DNA of 57,809 nucleotides from Chloroflexota bacterium (GTDB lineage Bacteria; Chloroflexota; Anaerolineae; B4-G1; SLSP01). A program made the translations under genes and the position numbers. The stretch lies in the NCBI GenBank assembly GCA_029555965.1, contig JAKQHY010000096.1, forward strand, positions 1 through 57,809, written 5' to 3'. This document shows, piece by piece, positions 56,688 to 57,809 of the stretch (positions are counted from its first letter, which is position 1; each line of letters opens with the position of its first letter). Under the pieces are notes generated by a model that saw only the letters and a program-made list of their open reading frames with translations, was not told the DNA's origin and did no database searches.

Positions 56688-57125
56688 TTGAACCTTCCAT
56701 TGCCACTCACTCAAATCATTGCGCAGACACACCTGTTCACCGATGCGGTGGACTATATCATGGTGCGCATTCCGGCAGAATCGGCGGCGCAGGTGTTGGC
56801 GGCCTGGGGGACGGAGGCGGGGATGGCGGCGTTGGTTCGGGATAAGGACGAAACGTCGCTGCTGGTGGCGCAGTCGGTGTGGGAGCACAGCCCATTGGCT
56901 CGTAAAGCGTGGCCTGTCTCACCAATTTACCGCTTGATCACGCTGGATACCCCGCTGGATTTCAGCGTCGTCGGTTATCTGGCCGCGTGGACGGCCGTGC
57001 TGGCCGAAGCGGGTATCAGTATCCTGGCCCTCTCAACTTTTTCCAGGGATCATCTTTTCGTCCCGGCGGGAGATTTCGACCGGGCCTGGGCCTTGTTAAC
57101 AGACCTTATCCAATCCTATGCCTAA
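56688..57125 (+). CDS. ACT domain protein (ACT_7-like)
   Basis: Two-lobed ACT-like pattern (LISV/ITLDTP...GISILALSTFSRDHLFV). TTG start, or the internal ATG at ~56760. Confidence 0.5.
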   Translation: MNLPLPLTQIIAQTHLFTDAVDYIMVRIPAESAAQVLAAWGTEAGMAALVRDKDETSLLVAQSVWEHSPLARKAWPVSPIYRLITLDTPLDFSVVGYLAAWTAVLAEAGISILALSTFSRDHLFVPAGDFDRAWALLTDLIQSYA

Positions 57126-57192
57126 CGACCGGTTTCCGGTTACTCATTTCTCATTACCCTTTACTTTGTCAATCTGACAGGTGGAGCGTGCG

Positions 57193-57809
57193 TTGAGCAG
57201 CGTAAACTTTCTTCTCGGCAAAACACTGGGGAAATATCAGGTACTAGAGCATGTCGGACACGGCGGCATGGCCGAGGTGTACAAAGGCCAGCACGTCCAA
57301 CTGGATCGCATGGTGGCCGTCAAAGTGCTGCACCCCTTTCTGGCGGATGAGGAAGGCTTCGTCGTGCGCTTCCAGCGGGAGGCCCGCATCGTCGCCACCC
57401 TGCGCCATCCCAACATCGTCCAGGTCTACGACTTCGATTACAACGACGAACTCAACATCTACTACATGGTGATGGAGTTCATTGACGGGCCGACCCTCAA
57501 AAACATCCTGACCGAGGGCCTGTTGCCGCAAGAGGACGTCATGCGCTTTGGCGCGGCGATTGCCGACGCGATGGCCTATGCCCACAAGCGCGGCATGGTT
57601 CACCGCGATATTAAACCCGCCAACATTATGTTCACCGGCGATCACCAGCCGGTGCTCACCGATTTCGGCATTGCAAAGATGTTGACTCTCTCCGGTCTGA
57701 CCGCCAGCGGCGCAATGGTGGGGACGCCGGCCTACATGGCCCCCGAAGTCGGGATGGGAAAACCCGGCACAGCCAGCACCGACATCTACTCACTGGGCGT
57801 AGTCCTGTA
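57193..57809 (+). CDS. Serine/threonine protein kinase (3'-partial, runs off the window)
   Basis: Gly-loop LGKTLGKYQVLEHVGHGGMAEVYKG, VAVK, HRDIKPAN, DFG, and APE motifs. Probable TTG start at 57193 with GGTGGAG upstream. Absent from the ORF track because it has no stop. Confidence 0.85.
   Translation, partial: MSSVNFLLGKTLGKYQVLEHVGHGGMAEVYKGQHVQLDRMVAVKVLHPFLADEEGFVVRFQREARIVATLRHPNIVQVYDFDYNDELNIYYMVMEFIDGPTLKNILTEGLLPQEDVMRFGAAIADAMAYAHKRGMVHRDIKPANIMFTGDHQPVLTDFGIAKMLTLSGLTASGAMVGTPAYMAPEVGMGKPGTASTDIYSLGVVL

Noticed and set aside
57150-57165. LexA/SOS box call for CTGTCAATCTGACAG
   Set aside because: Spacing is CTGT-N7-ACAG rather than the E. coli CTGT-N8-ACAG, and the LexA consensus for this lineage is unknown. 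It is kept only as a generic palindrome finding.

Overview
High-GC (~65%) bacterial chromosomal window that is densely coding, mostly on the minus strand. Gene content suggests a Chloroflexota-like organism, but that is inference only.

Recognisable housekeeping genes:
- Old Yellow Enzyme (OYE) family flavin oxidoreductase, YigZ, ComEA, FtsK, ribosomal protein S1, IF-1
- hrcA-grpE-dnaJ-prmA heat-shock operon with a textbook CIRCE operator
- Lon, guanylate kinase, purine nucleoside phosphorylase (PNP), XerD-like recombinase, protein-L-isoaspartate methyltransferase (pcm), tRNA-Val(TAC)

Accessory or poorly characterised genes:
- a TIGR03960-like B12-binding radical SAM protein
- a MoxR/DUF58/DUF4129 cluster
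- a bacterial GH3 family acyl-amido synthetase
- an orphan glycyl-radical-enzyme activase
- an XRE-HTH/RNA polymerase alpha subunit C-terminal domain (alphaCTD)-like fusion regulator
- an EgtD-like methyltransferase
- DUF951, DUF2085, DUF364 and DUF3592 proteins
- large GT-C-type membrane glycosyltransferase-like proteins
- a partial Ser/Thr kinase at the 3' edge

The most unusual feature is pervasive heptanucleotide (7-bp periodic) tandem-repeat arrays, resembling cyanobacterial short tandemly repeated repetitive (STRR) sequences. They sit at gene boundaries, often as inverted pairs forming hairpins between convergent genes. Several are inserted in-frame inside coding sequences, adding peptide segments such as NGFNGF and SVESV (compare in-frame insertions of Rickettsia palindromic elements, RPEs).

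A ~175-bp miniature inverted-repeat transposable element (MITE)-like element with 18-bp terminal inverted repeats occurs twice in opposite orientation, once next to the tRNA. A strongly AT-rich ~300-bp island encodes an ORFan small membrane protein. No CRISPR array or prophage is evident.
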